A stretch of DNA of 64,000 nt from Octopus bimaculoides (taxonomy: Eukaryota): NCBI RefSeq assembly GCF_001194135.2, contig NC_068998.1, positions 12,191,432 through 12,255,431 on the forward strand. Reading direction: 5' to 3'. Each line of letters begins with the position of its first letter. Position 1 is the first letter of the stretch. Position numbers and translations under genes: made by a program. The notes below the pieces were generated by a model. That model made no database searches. It had not been told where the DNA came from and saw only the letters and a program-made list of their open reading frames with translations. Below, piece after piece: positions 24,992-39,081 of the stretch.

Positions 24992-27900
24992 TCCTTTCTT
25001 TGAGTATTACAAACACTTGCTACTATGTTGTTCTTTTCTTTCTCTAATTAAAGAAATTTCCTTAAATTGAAAATATTTTGCACATATCTTTCAGTAACCA
25101 ACCTGCCCTTATATATCTTATACACACTGTTGTTTTTAAACGGAATGAGCCATATAAGAGTATAGTCCAAGATACTGTTTGAAAACTATGCTTTTATTAT
25201 ACAGACTTGAGCTAATGTTAAAAATATCATTTCTCGATTAAACCTCCTTAATTGCTTCCGGCATGCTTGTTGCTTAGTGGAGTGCACTGGATGGCACTGT
25301 CCAATTCACTTATTTAATGCTGCACCCAGATTTATAAATTACAGTTTACAAAAATCTACCCTCTATACAAATTAGTGCCCACCCAGAATTATTCTGAAAC
25401 ACCCCCAGGCACCAAAGTCTGGTGACAGGCCTGGCTTCAGGTGATACAAATTAAATCTTCTGGTTATATCAATCCGATCAATACACAGGTGTCAGCTGAG
25501 AAAGGATTATGGCCGTCAAGTGATATCTACACTCAGACTGTTCTCACCCAGTTGAAACATGATATATGATAGCACGATTGTAGACAAGCATTCCAGAACT
25601 TATTGGGTTGCCAGGACATTACTGAAGTTTGTCTTTGTGCAGTGTTTTTAGTTTATTGAAGGAAGAATTTAACTCATCTCTACAGTTTAAAAGAAATATT
25701 CGCCAGTTTTAGCGCGCTGTTACCAATAACTGTTTATAAACAATTATCATAAACAAAATACGTGATAGAAATAATTAACAACCAAATATATGTCAACTAT
25801 AATTATGTATCCAAATAGATTAGAAACAGTTGGTCAACAATTATTAGTATTTTTTAGTTTTCATCATTCTGTTTGTAATAAGTATTTAAAATTGTGCTTC
25901 TTTGCCATCCCCCACCTTCTGTCCTCTAATGGCTGACTTATTTTACACCTGTTGTATTCTTGTACTTTGAATTAATCTGTTTCGAAAGCAGCCCCTGTAT
26001 TTCTACGACTTCCAATTTGTAGATAGATATTGCAGAGTGAAATTATGTATTGTAGACCAGAGACGTGGACATAACATGGAAAAAGAAAAATTATTTGTGT
26101 TAAAAGTACACCCGTCGTTTCTGAATGGAAATTGTTTAGTTCCAGGTGAGATCTGATCACGCAGATCCATGATCAAACGCATTTCACCTTGTATTTAAGA
26201 TACTTTATTTTTTTACGATAGATTAGGGTGAGATTTGAGAAAACTTTGACCCTTATTTCGAATAGATCGAACAACTACGCAGGAAGCCTTTCGTTAGTTT
26301 TTTTCCAAATAAAAGCTTGTGTACAGGTATATTGTATTTACCCATAGTTTCGTTTAAAGCGAAGGACGTGCAATGAAACTAGAATAGCTCTGAACGTGTA
26401 TTATGCATTATTAAACCAGCTTTCACTCACACAGTGGAAAAAGAAAAGAAAAAACAGTCACAGTTGTCATAATTCAAAAAAGGGGTTAAAGGTAACAAGT
26501 GTCAAAAATTGAAATGGGTGAGTTTTGAGTTTTCCTAAAGAGGCAACAATCAAATCATTCTTCAGATAGATCAATTTTTTAATAGATCAATTTAAATTCG
26601 CAAATACCAACATCTTGTTGATTAAAAATAAGGATCTAACAATTTAAAAACTTTTCTGATAGCTGTCTGTCAATAACCACCACCACCCTGTCCTCCTCCA
26701 TCACCACACATCCACCCACCGTCGCAACAAGTTTCATCAATTATACAATAACAACATTAATTACCAACCAATTTCTAGTTTTAGTAACATATATTTTATT
26801 GAAACCGGAATCCATTCATTAAATAGAGAAAAAACGATGGAATATTTTTTTTACCGAAGTCTTATAGAATAAAAGGAATTCATTCCTTCTTACCAAAATA
26901 TGATTCTGTAAACAAAGAAATAAAAAAGAATAGCTAAAGTAGACCATTATATATAATATTTATCACACTTGAATTTAAGTGAATACAATAAGATGAGAAC
27001 GATATTAATTGTTCGAAATATAAATAGTTTAAGAAGCAATGAAATTAATTGTGGGTTAAAGAAGACGTAAGAATATAAATTAGATATGAAATGTCAAATA
27101 AAATTTTAAAAACCTATGATGACATTCAAAGTTTACATTTATCGATCAGTAAAGGCTTTGATAGTAAACATTCAACTTACTTTTTGAGCATGTATCTAAC
27201 AGGGAAATGTGAAGAATTATAATTCTGAAGAAGTTATTCTTAGTAGAGGTAAAGTAAAAGTTTTAGCAACAGGGAACGTCAGCCATTACGTGTTAAGGAA
27301 TGGTACCGCTTCTCTTCTCCTTGCCTAGCTGCTGCTATTTTAGTAGAAGTACCTATTTTCGCAGAAAGGAAATCAACCACATGAAGATACATCGTTCTTC
27401 ACACATCAAATAATAATAACTCCTGTCAAATAACGAAACTTATCTAGCAGTGGTAGTTAGTTTAAAATGATATTAACGTCAAAAAATATAGAAACAAATA
27501 AATAAATATTGCTGAGTGATAGATCTTCGTTCAGCCATGTCTTTTTATTGTTGTTAAACAATCTTTCAAAAGACACCAAAGTAGTTAGGAAATCTGTTAA
27601 GTCAGAAACTCTTAAATTTTAAAACTAATACATTTCAATAATCAAAGAATTTTATTTCTTGCATTAGCAATAGGTTTAGTTTGAATCTTAGAATCCTTAA
27701 TAAAACCTCTTCAAAAGTTATTCAACTCACAAAGCCATCTCGTACGTGTTTGTGTAATCTACTAAGCTTTAGAACGGTCTAGGAGTTTCTAAACGGCACT
27801 TTTATTTTTGTAATGCGGCCCACCTAATGATGAACCACGTCTCATGCGGCCCGCTTCCCGAAAAGGTTACCTATGCTTACTCTAGAATTAGGGTAGCATT

Positions 27901-30900
27901 TTATAATATATGTCTTCGTTAGTTGAAGTTTGTATTGAATAACGAAATTATATGTATAATCACTTTTCTTTATAAAAATATTAAAGCCATTTATTTGGAG
28001 GCATAATGCAGGATCAAGTATACGGCAAAAACAGAACATTGAGGACATCTTAGATATTTCCAGAAACTTGCTGTAGGAGACTTCTGGCGTGTGAAACCTA
28101 ACTTTTCCTAAATGACGTTCTTTAATATTATTTCATTAGTATATGGTCCAAGACATTAGATACAAGCATAAGAACGTTTTGACTTGCAAGATTGAAGTTA
28201 ATCGTAAGTCAGTCTTTGCTTGTGTGTTTTAAATGAAACATTATTTGTATGTCTGTTTGATAACTTTAATGAACCGCGACCAAGAGGTCAATAGATGCCT
28301 TAAAATATACGTGTTATTACAAAGGCAAAGCGAAATGAAAACAACTTTATAAATATGTATATACACTTCTTGTCAGAAGCGTGGGGGCAGCCCTACCCCG
28401 CTGTGTGTGTGAGAAAGAGAGGAAGATAATTAAGAGAGCAGATAATTTGCTGTTTAATGAAATAAAGATGTTTTAAACTTTAGAAACTTGTCCAAACACA
28501 ATGATAAAGAAAGAAAAATTATGTGGATGCAAAGAGTCTGTCTTGTCTTCTCATTAATAAAGAAGTTGGTGGGGAGGGGCAAGAAAATTCATTAAAATTT
28601 TGTGGGTTGGGGACTGATATCTGTCAGTGTAAGAACCATTGAATTAACTTATTTTTCTTACAATTTTTATGTAGTGTTTTCTGTGCTGACATCCTGTTTT
28701 CAGAAGAAAATTAAATTCTTATGATGATATTCTGTTTCGGCTATTGAAAATGTAGGTCAAGACTTTCACATCAACTCACAAAATCAACATCTGTCGCGCC
28801 AATGAGAAAAGCCTCAATGCAGTCGCTTAATTCTTTAGAAATAGCAACTAAATCTCCATCAAACTATACCTTATCAGCTTAAAATAGAACAAACAATGGA
28901 GGAAAAAGACAAAATGACCACGGCTGGAATGCTTTTCATAAGTTGGCTTGAACAACGTCGACCTGGGTAAACGTTAACGACTGCAACAATATTGCATTGT
29001 AAGATAATTTCGTTCGTTCTCCTCACCGCCTCGATACTTTAAAATCCTTCCCAATACTATTTGAATAGACGCGAAAAATATTTTTATCGTAGTGTTTTAT
29101 AGGCATTCCTTTTTATTTTTAAGCTCGATTTTTTCCTCTATAATTTCTATAGTTTTTGAAATCTGAATAAATCTTACCTCTCTCTTTCTCCTCGAGGTAA
29201 CCATGTATCTACTTTATTGCAAAGCGCCTATTTCTGCCCATCTGCTGACCTCTCATGTGGCACAAAGTCACCTTCCTCAACACCCCACCACCATCTCATT
29301 TGAGGAGGTCTTCTCTTGTAAATTATTTGGTGACCTCACTGCTACTGGTGCCACATAAAAAGCAGCCAGCGCACACTGTAAAATGGTTGGCGTTAGGAAG
29401 GGCATCAAGCCGTAGAAAGCATGCCAAAGCAGACAATGGAGCTCGGCGCTGTCTTCTGACTTGCCAGCCCCTGTCAAACCGTCCAACCCATGCCAGCATG
29501 GAAAACAGACATTAGATAATGATGATGATAATTTACCTCTTCAGATGCATGACGATTGAGTGCCAAATATTTATTAAAAAAAATGAATTTAATATTAATA
29601 CGTTTAAGAATTTTGTCTATTAATTTTGATTAATTTTGCGATTGTAAAAGCACAACTTTAGAATAAACAGCAGTGGTTCAGAAACTTGGATTAAAAATAT
29701 GGTTACATACGAAATGTGTTATTTATCAAGGATAACCTTCAACAGTTTTGAAGTATAAAGTTCTACAGACTTATTTGGTAGACGGTTATTTTCTCTAAAC
29801 ATTTGAATCGGTTTCCTGTTTTCTGGAAGGGTTTGTTGAAAAAGAAATCGGCCATATGATTTAGATTTAATTTTACACCCGCTGCCAACTAAATATGTTA
29901 CAAGGAGATATTGTAAGCCGACCTTCTTATTTACGTATGGTGTAAATGTAGACGTGTTGCCTAGTTATTCAGTAATAAGGAGCCGAGGTAGGGCTAGACA
30001 AGGCCCTAAGCACTCAAAAAATGTTGATGCCACCATATATAAGTAATTCAAAATATATTAAAAATAATAAACCATGAAATAAACTTTGATTTTTCAACAT
30101 GAAACAAAACTAACAGTAAGATGGGAAATAATGTTTATATTTGTATACTTCCATTTGTTTATATATGAAAAGTGTTCTACTTTTATTAGAGTAAAGTTTT
30201 TGAACAGATCCTATGAACACTTCGAAATTATATTTCTGACTATATAAACCACTTCGAATTTTACTTTAGCAAGTTTAAAGTAATTTATTTTGTGCCGTAA
30301 ACCATTTACCATTTCTGTGATGCCCTAAACCTGTGGTTATTTTGCTTTGTGGTTAATATAGCGCCAAGATAGTCCCAAAGAAACGTTGTTTAGGATCACT
30401 GAGAGTTTTCAGTGTTCAGCATCAGTAAAAAGAAAAAAAACAAAAAATCGTTTGATAGAATACCTTGTAGCGTCATTTCTGGCTCTCTGCGTTCAGAGTT
30501 CAAATTACATCGGGGGAACATCGTCTTTCATTTCTTCGAATTGATAAACAAAGTATCAGTTTAGCACTGGGGTAGCGGTTAGGGTTGTAGCGTGGGTTGC
30601 GACAAGACTTGGTGGAAGTTTATATATACTTTTATTGCTACAATTTGTACAAAGCTTCAAGAAATACAGACAGCATTAGTGGTGATCGATTGCGATGATC
30701 AAAATACCCACCATCTTTGCTTCGATCATCTTGGTCCCACGGTAACGACGTTTCGATGGATAAATTAGATATTGTTTAAGCTGTGTGTTGTTCCCATATA
30801 AAATCAAGTTGAACATAATTTATTTTGCTGTATTAGTATGCTTTTTCTCGCTAAAAACCACTGTATTTAAGGCTTCCGTTGATAGAAAGTTCTAGTGAGT

Positions 30901-31950
30901 ACCATGTGAACAAAAAAGTTCTGATTGACTGAAATGGGGTCTGCACGCATAATTAACTCGCGATTTACATGGGGTCGAAATTAATAGCCATGAAATAGAA
31001 CGTATAAAAGACTGCTGTGGACAAAGTTATGGCAACGTTACCAACAGTGTTAAGTATAGTGGTTCATAAGCACGTATTACAGAATTAAATTACTTTGCAA
31101 ATTAGATGCCCTTTCTTTTTTTGCGCATTCGTAATTTGTTTTTGAAAATGCGCTGCTGAATGCTGTCATAAAGCGTTAATTTTCTTTGAATTATATATAT
31201 TATTTTTGCTTTTACCTATCGGTGGCATTTTCTTTCAGCTACATTGTTTAAAGGTGGCGCTCATATGTCCATGTGAAAAGTATGTCATTTCATGCAACGG
31301 AAGCACTTTTGCACAGCTTTTCTGCAACAAAACAAGTCTTGGATGACATTTCATAAAACACTCACGAGAAAAGAAAATGTCAGTACAAACTAGAGAACTA
31401 TTTTCAACCATGATAAAGTTGAAAAAAAGGAATAAACGTAATTGTGTGAAATTAAGTATTACGGTGTTTTCAGAGGACTAGTTCCTCATTGTAATATTTT
31501 GGTGAAGATTTGAGCATAGCTTACACACTCTATAAATGGATATATTCAAGCTATGCGGTCTACTTTCTCAGGTATTGAGTAAAAAAGCTAAGGGCCGAGC
31601 TGAATGAGAAGATCACGAACAACTAACTCGAAGAGAATACAGCCGAAATTACAAGTTTCTGTGATTTCGTCACTTCTACCTCATTTATTGAAGTCAGGAT
31701 ACCTTTCTCGGAAGTTTAAAAACAGAGCATTTCTTGCTATATTGATAGCTTGGTTATCAAACCATAAATATTATATTTGGCTTCCTTCATTCTTAGCAAT
31801 TTAATTATGGAGAGATCATCAAAACTTGCCGGATCATATCGAAATGGTGTGGAAGAATCTGTGCAGTCGATAGCATTGTCTAAAACTAATACTGCTTCTC
31901 ATATTGTCATCTAGTAAAACTTCGTAGAATTACAGTTTTACCATTTGATG

Positions 31951-32336
31951 TGTAGTGGCGCGTGTGACCGCCATCTTGGGAAGTGCCATTGTGCATGTGC
32001 AAGGGATTTGCCGTCAGCGGAAGTACCCGAGTACGCATACGCAATGCAACAGGTGGAGAAAAAGCAATAGTGTTCGCGCTCTTTTCTCTCTAGCAGCGGT
32101 GGCGACAACACGTATCTCTTTTCCATCCAGCAGCGGTGGTGACAACACGTCTGTCCCAACTCGACCCCGACATGTGGTCGAAGCTTCCTTTGGTATTCTA
32201 GCGGCATGCCTATTCACCCAGGAACGAAACGGCTCTATACCAACCTAGAATAAACTATTGATCTGTTGCTACCGTTATACCTCGTGTTGTTGTATTTCTG
32301 GATTTAATGATTAATATAAGAACTGGGGAGAGATGG
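31951..32336 (+). mobile_element. LTR-like segment with PBS-like 3' flank (Gypsy-like, internal region absent)
   Basis: Starts TGTAGT, CpG-rich, AATAAA at 32249-32254, ends ataaga followed by actggggagagatgg. There is no canonical CA end and no TSD was found. Confidence 0.45.
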
Positions 32337-32389
32337 CCAAGCCATCATATCTCATCCAATTCTTATAGATGACTGACAATTCTTTAGAG

Positions 32390-32725
32390 CAGGCATGGTT
32401 ACTTTTTTTCGAGAAGCTGGCTGCATGTGACATGACTCATCATCAGGCAGGTCGCACTGCCAACAAAATTCAAGGTAATTTTTTGTTGGCATGCTATTCA
32501 GAAAGTTCCGTGGGTCACAATTTGCCTATGACTGCTTTAGAGTAGTGCTCTACGACCGTTTTTCAATTGCAGTACACTTATGTTCTTTTCAAAATTCAGC
32601 AGCACACCTGAACTAAAAACATAATTAAACATGGGAACAAAATTATATTCAGGTTACACTACAGCACACCTAGCATCGTCTCGTGGCACACCAGTGTGCC
32701 GCGGCATACCGTTTGCGAAGCACTG
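32390..32725. mobile_element. Two adjacent hAT-like MITEs (32390-32534 and 32543-32725)
   Basis: 8-bp ctttagag at 32382-32389, 32535-32542 and 32726-32733 brackets two elements with degenerate CAG...CTG-type ends. Confidence 0.7.
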
Positions 32726-32995
32726 CTTTAGAGTTTCGTTTTCTAAATGTAGAAATGCCTTGAGCTTTCATATGTCACTCACAACTACCAGCTGTAATAG
32801 AGAAAAGCTCATTTTCAAAACTGGTAAGGATTAAGCATAAACTAAGGAACATAATGAATAAAAACAGATTGAACAATTCCACTGTTTTGAGCATTGAAAT
32901 GGATCCTGAGTAAAATAAATATTTCCAGTGTCACTCACGGATAAAACTAAAAAAAAAAAAATGTGAAAATTGTAGTTTAAAATTAAAGAAAAAAA

Positions 32996-33099
32996 TACAT
33001 TATTTACATTTGACGGATATTTGTCCTCATCTTGTTTGTTGTTAACACAAACGTATTAACAAACAAGAAGACAAATATCCGTCAAATGTAAATAATGTA
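32996..33099. repeat. ~100-bp hairpin, likely a collapsed element with inverted termini
   Basis: Perfect 30-bp arms 32996-33025 / 33070-33099 plus an inner 10-bp pair cttgtttgtt / aacaaacaag. Confidence 0.85.
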
Positions 33100-36000
33100 C
33101 ATAATTCCTCATCTCTTAAATATAGAACTGTAAAGAAAAAATGTTTTTCTATCATTTATGTGNNNNNNNNNNNNNNNNNNNNNNNNNNNNNNNNNNNNNN
33201 NNNNNNNNNNNNNNNNNNNNNNNNNNNNNNNNNNNNNNNNNNNNNNNNNNNNNNNNNNNNNNNNNNNNNNNNNNNNNNNNNNNNNNNNNNNNNNNNNNNN
33301 NNNNNNNNNNNNNNNNNNNNNCACTCTTTTGGTCAGGAACGTGGACCGCTTTTAACGACTTGGGCAATTTGGGATATAGTCATAGGAATCGTTAATTGTA
33401 CACGAAATATTTTAAATTTAGAAAACTGGATTATAGTCGCGTAAAAATTGACCAGCTTAAGGTTATGGACTGTATAAGATATATGATCTTGCAGAATGTA
33501 TATTTTTGGTGACGAAGTATTTTTCAGTTATTGATGCAAGTCTGTATTTACTCTTTGTGACTATAATTTTTTTAAAAATAAATTTTACAGATTTTTTTAG
33601 TGGAGATGAGAAATTAATTAATTTTAAAAAATACATTTCGTTGTTATTTTAAGTAGACGTAAAATCAACGTGTACTGATGGTTAGATGTAAAACTGTACA
33701 TCATGCACTAATATACAAGTCTAGCTTTCTTTTGTCTCCTGCAAAATGTTTCGTCCCTCCAAATCCCTCATTAGTCCTTCCAATAAACCAAATAAGCTAA
33801 CAAATTCAAAAGATAGCGTGCTATAACTTCTTTTACAGGCATATTTGAATATATATTTGTAGTATATTGTCTTCTTTATTGATCACATAAAATTCAACCT
33901 ATTCGATTAGTTGAAACCCATTGAGACCATAGGAATAAAAGCACTTTTAAACAGAGGTAACTTATTAAGGCTTCCATTCTACGCCGCGAACTTACTTCTA
34001 AATCGTAGTTATCTCCCCTTTTCATGGCACTGTCATGAACGAAAGAATTAACGACTTTGGCAACACAGCTGCGATTTGATGGATTCCTGCAGTCTACAGA
34101 TATGGTTTGTAATATACATCATGTATTTTAACCCACATTTTCACGTAGTTTATAATTAAACAGGAAAATACTAAATATTCTGCCTAATTTTTCTACATTT
34201 CCTGCCTTCCATTCAAACTCATGATGTAAAGTATAACAAGCGGATTTTAGGCATATTGTTTCTTTTCTTCAACACTCCCTAAATCTTATTTTAGATTTTT
34301 ATCTTATTTTCTGATTATGTTTATGTCCGTGTATTGACACCGATCTATCGCCTCGCAACCACTGCATCTTCTGGTGGGAATTTTCCACTCTATAGAAATA
34401 CCATTACTCCTTATTGAATAATGCTTATATATATATATTACAAAAATTCTTTTATTAATCTAACACTCTAGGGATACTATCTTTTCTTTATCTTTAAATT
34501 TTTCTCCTTGGAGGTCGAAACGGCTACCGAAATTCTATCGATTGCTGTCTTGAGGTGCCGGAGGAGTTTTCAGAACAAGCTTTGTCTCACCTTAGAGGAG
34601 GCGGAGGAGGAGGAAGAAAGATGATGATATAAACAAAAGGTGATGGAATATTTATTCAAGTTTATTATTATTATTTGTTTAAATTTAATATTGACTTTTA
34701 ATATTTTCCACTGAAACGGAACCACATGGAAAGAATTAGACATGACGCTTCTGTTTATCCCTGCCTCTTGTATCGTTCCATACATAGAATTAGTAACTGT
34801 TTTCATCGGTATGCTGGCATATTGGCGATTTGTTGAAGAAGAAACGCCTCTCCTTACGTGTGATGTTGCCTACGTGCGTCATTTGCCACTAAACACATCG
34901 TTAATTCATAATCAGCAATTCAACAGATAGCCTTTTTGTTTTGCTTTTTTGTTTTTTACTGAAGATGATCAGTCAGCATCATAGACTATTGCGATATTGT
35001 ACTATTTACATTATTTACAGATATTTGTGTGTGTATATCCATACGTATGAATGTATAGAAAAAATACTTGAACGTGTGAATCATGTTACACACATACACA
35101 CACACAGATATGTGTTTCTTCATAGATGTGTTATGCCTGTCAGCCAAGGTTTGGTCATGGCTGTTTCGCTCTTGTCAGGTTCGAGTAATACTGTTGTGTA
35201 TCTATTGAATATAAAAGGCAACAGTAGGAATGGTAGTAATACGTTAGAGAGATGAAGCAGTCAACCAGGTGAAAGAATGTGACAGCCACGCGTACCTGCC
35301 ATGTTCAGCCAATGGAACAGTCGACATCTAGAGAACTGCCGTACCAAAGAAACGAGAAACAATGTATGTGTGCGTGCGGGTGTTTGTGTATTTATATATG
35401 TACAGACATATGGTAGAAAATTGGTTCGTACATTATGCTAATTTAAATAAAAAATCTGTTGTATTTTAACGGAACCCTTGTATTTTTTACTCCAAATTTA
35501 ATTCGTTCTGATATCTAAACTTTGTATAAACCATATTCTGTATTTGTTTTTTGTTTTTTATCTTCCTTCACATCTCCATCAGTCTCGTCACACTCCACTT
35601 CACGTGTGCCCCAGTCTTCTTAGTTATCCTCTCAAATTATTCCCTCTTTTGGGTTACATTTGTTCGCATGGCTGTCAATATTGTTGACAAGATCGTTGCA
35701 CAATAATTTTTGCGTGAGGTAAATGTTACTATAACTTAGAGATTTTCAGGGTCCGTTGCTAAAATAGATTTATTATAAACTGCTCCCTGTGTAAATGTTT
35801 TCTTCAGATGTCACATCAAAGGCATCCCTATCGGCGTAAAAGAACTATTTTCGTAATTAATAAACTCCTATATTTATAAGGAATTGTTCCCAGCACTTGT
35901 ATTATATCCATGATGAAAGAATAAACATCTCTCACAAACAAATCTAATTTATACCAAGTTCCCATTTTACCCTTCCCTATGGATTTATCTATTATCTTTC

Positions 36001-36336
36001 ATTTGTTTCAGTCATTGGACTGCGGCTATGCTGGGGCAGTTTGGAAGGTTTAGACGAGCACATCGACCCCAGTACTAATTCTTAAATCTGGTACTTATTG
36101 TATTGTCTCTTTTGCCGAACTGCTAAGTTACAGGGATATAAAGAAAACAAAATCGGTTGTCAAGCAGTGGTTGGATACAAACATACACATGTCCGTCACT
36201 AAAGGGGTGCACTGGACAGTACTTTCCCCTCACTGTTCAATGGTGTACCCTCAGATTTACAGTGATACACTTATTTCGAAACTTCACTTCAGCATTATTA
36301 CAAATTACTGCCCACCAAAATCTGGCAACGGGCCTG

Positions 36337-36369
<33 letters not shown>

Positions 36370-37344
36370 GACAAGCTTTCATACCATTTCTATTGCCCAA
36401 AATTTAGTCACAAAGCATTGGTTGGCCTGGAGTTATAACAAAAGACACTTGCCTGAGGTGCTGCGCAGTGGGACTGAACTTGGAACCATGTGGTTGAAAA
36501 GCAATCTTCTTAACCACACAGCTATGTGTGTGTGGCTCTGGTTCTGAAACTGATAAATAGCAGTCTAGTCCCTGAAAAATAAAAAAGAATATAAAATTGC
36601 AGCCTTACTGCTTCATTAGGAAAACAAAACAGGCCTTTCTGCCAGTTGATTCTTTTTATTTATTCTGCCATAGTGCTCAATAAATTTGAAAAGCTAAACC
36701 CTTTAGTGTTTAAACTGGTCATATCTGGCCAAAATATTCTACCTTTTATCTTCAAACTGGTTCAATTATTGTTTTTCATAGCTACCTTACAGTCTCAGTT
36801 TTAAAATAATCAATCACATCATTGAAATCTCAAAGACGTGAAATAATGCATGATTAATTTAAAATGTGAATAATAAGCTTTACATTTGACAGAATAATTT
36901 GAATGTTAATGGGTTAAACCCATCTAATTTTATTAAACATGGCAATTTTTCTGCCCCATCTTCAGTTCTACGATGAGAAAGATATGGTGTTTAATTTTTT
37001 TTTTGTGCAGGGGTTCCTTGAGACATGTAATTTATTTTAAGGATTACGCAAGAGTAAAAAGGTTGAGAAACACTGGTGTAGAGTATAAAATGTGGGTAGT
37101 AATATAGTGTGAGTGTCTGAATATGTGGTATCAATTGCCTTATAATTTGAGGAGATATATATACATATATATATGTATGTGTGTGTCTTTTGTTTTCTTT
37201 CTCTTTGTTACCATGAGGAGGGACTCTATCTGATATGTTGGATGTCATTGAAAATTTGCCTTAATAAACTTTGTCTGTCTGATGCAGACATGGAAAAGTG
37301 GATGTTAAAAGCAATGATGATGATAATATATGTATGTGTGTGTA

Positions 37345-37389
<45 letters not shown>

Positions 37390-38033
37390 NNNNNNNNNNN
37401 NNNNNNNNNNNNNNNNNNNNNNNNNNNNNNNNNNNNNNNNNNNNNNNNNNNNNNNNNNNNNNNNNNNNNNNNNNNNNNNNNNNNNNNNNNNNNNNNNNNN
37501 NNNNNNNNNNNNNNNNNNNNNNNNNNNNNNNNNNNNNNNNNNNNNNNNNNNNNNNNNNNNNNNNNNNNNNNNNNNNNNNNNNNNNNNNNNNNNNNNNNNN
37601 NNNNNNNNNNNNNNNNNNNNNNNNNNNNNNNNNNNNNNNNNNNNNNNNNNNNNNNNNNNNNNNNNNNNNNNNNNNNNNNNNNNNNNNNNNNNNNNNNNNN
37701 NNNNNNNNNNNNNNNNNNNNNNNNNNNNNNNNNNNNNNNNNNNNNNNNNNNNNNNNNNNNNNNNNNNNNNNNNNNNNNNNNNNNNNNNNNNNNNNNNNTG
37801 GTGTCTTTTATGTGCCACCCGCACAAGAGCCAGTGGCACATAAAAGACACCATTTTGAGTGTGGCCGTTTTCGTGATATATATATATATATATATATATA
37901 AGGTTAAGGAGGGTATTGGATTTAACCAAACGCAAAGATACAGGTAATACCGAGTAAGTGCTGTATACCGGCTAGTTATCCATAAAATATATTTCTAACT
38001 TTACCATTGTTCTCTTTATCCTTTTCTCTATTT

Positions 38034-38071
<38 letters not shown>

Positions 38072-38755
38072 GTATATGTCAGCTGTATCGTTTGAAGTAT
38101 CAGTTACATTGTATGCATGTATGTGTATATCTAGCATTGGCTATACTAGGTACATGCATACACTAGTAGACACAGCATGGCTGAGTAGTTAAGAAGTTTG
38201 TTTTGCAATCATGAAACTCTGGTTTCAATCCTATTACAGGGCATCCTGAGCAAGTGTCTTTTACCATAGTCATGAGTTGGCTATGTTAAAATGTGACTGA
38301 AATTGTGTCGACAGAGACTGTGTGAAAGCTATTTGTATGGATAGTACATTCAGTTCAAAGATTCAGCTTTGTCTCACAAGCTGCATTATGCTGGTTCTGA
38401 CTGGGGGTTACAAAAAATTGCAAGTACTTGTGGAATACTCAGTCCCTTAATATGCTAATTCATTAGGCTGGTAATTCAGCTGATTGAACAACTGAATATT
38501 CATTGTTGAAACTGGTGGAAATTGATTTTACCTTATTTAGTATTGGCCATGTGAAGTAAAATAGGAGGAATATGGCCTAGTGGTTAGGGTGTTGCGTTCA
38601 TGATTATGTGATTGTAGTTTCGATTCTTGGACTAGGTAGTGGTTGGGAAGCAAGCTTCTTACCACACAGCCACATATACTAATCAAAAGTACAACCCACT
38701 TAGCAGAGAGTTGACATGATTTAAGAACTTGTTTTGTCTTTTCAATCTTTTACAG

Positions 38756-38902
38756 TTGATCAAGAAATAAAGCAGCAGTTGTAACCAACCAACTTTCCTG
38801 AGGAGTTTGACTGGAAAAAAACAAACACAAAACAGTGTTATTACTGCAGCAACCACACAGTGTGGTCAGATCACAAACTAAGGCAGCAACTAATTTATTA
38901 AT
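38756..38902 (+). other. Probable 5'UTR exon of the CCDC142-like gene
   Basis: Strong acceptor ttgtcttttcaatcttttacag and donor aat|gtacgt, 171 nt upstream of the acceptor at 39073; stops occur in all frames. Confidence 0.45.
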
Positions 38903-39081
38903 GTACGTACATTATCTTTCAAATTACAGTTGTTTTTATCCCATCTCTATATGTTATAGCTTCAAACCAGTGTGTATTATATCTGATAAGCTCTATGTTT
39001 AGTTGTTGTCGTTTATGTTTAGCTTGAGTTCTGAATTTTTTGTTTAATATTTATTTTTTTTTATTCTTTACAGTTTGTAAA

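Noticed and set aside
25975-26146. Plus-strand exon-like segment ending CCAG|gtgaga (...EKLFVLKVHPSFLNG...)
   Set aside because: Wrong strand for the sarcoglycan-like gene and no partner exons found.
29535-29560. Minus-strand ATG CAT CTG AAG AG|gtaaat as a sarcoglycan first exon
   Set aside because: No signal-peptide continuation found and it is adjacent to a repeat tail.
33109-33444. ORF-track entries spanning the N gap
   Set aside because: They are open only because N codons contain no stops.
37173-37947. Long ORFs (up to 242 aa) over (TA)n and a 409-nt gap
   Set aside because: Microsatellite plus gap artefacts.
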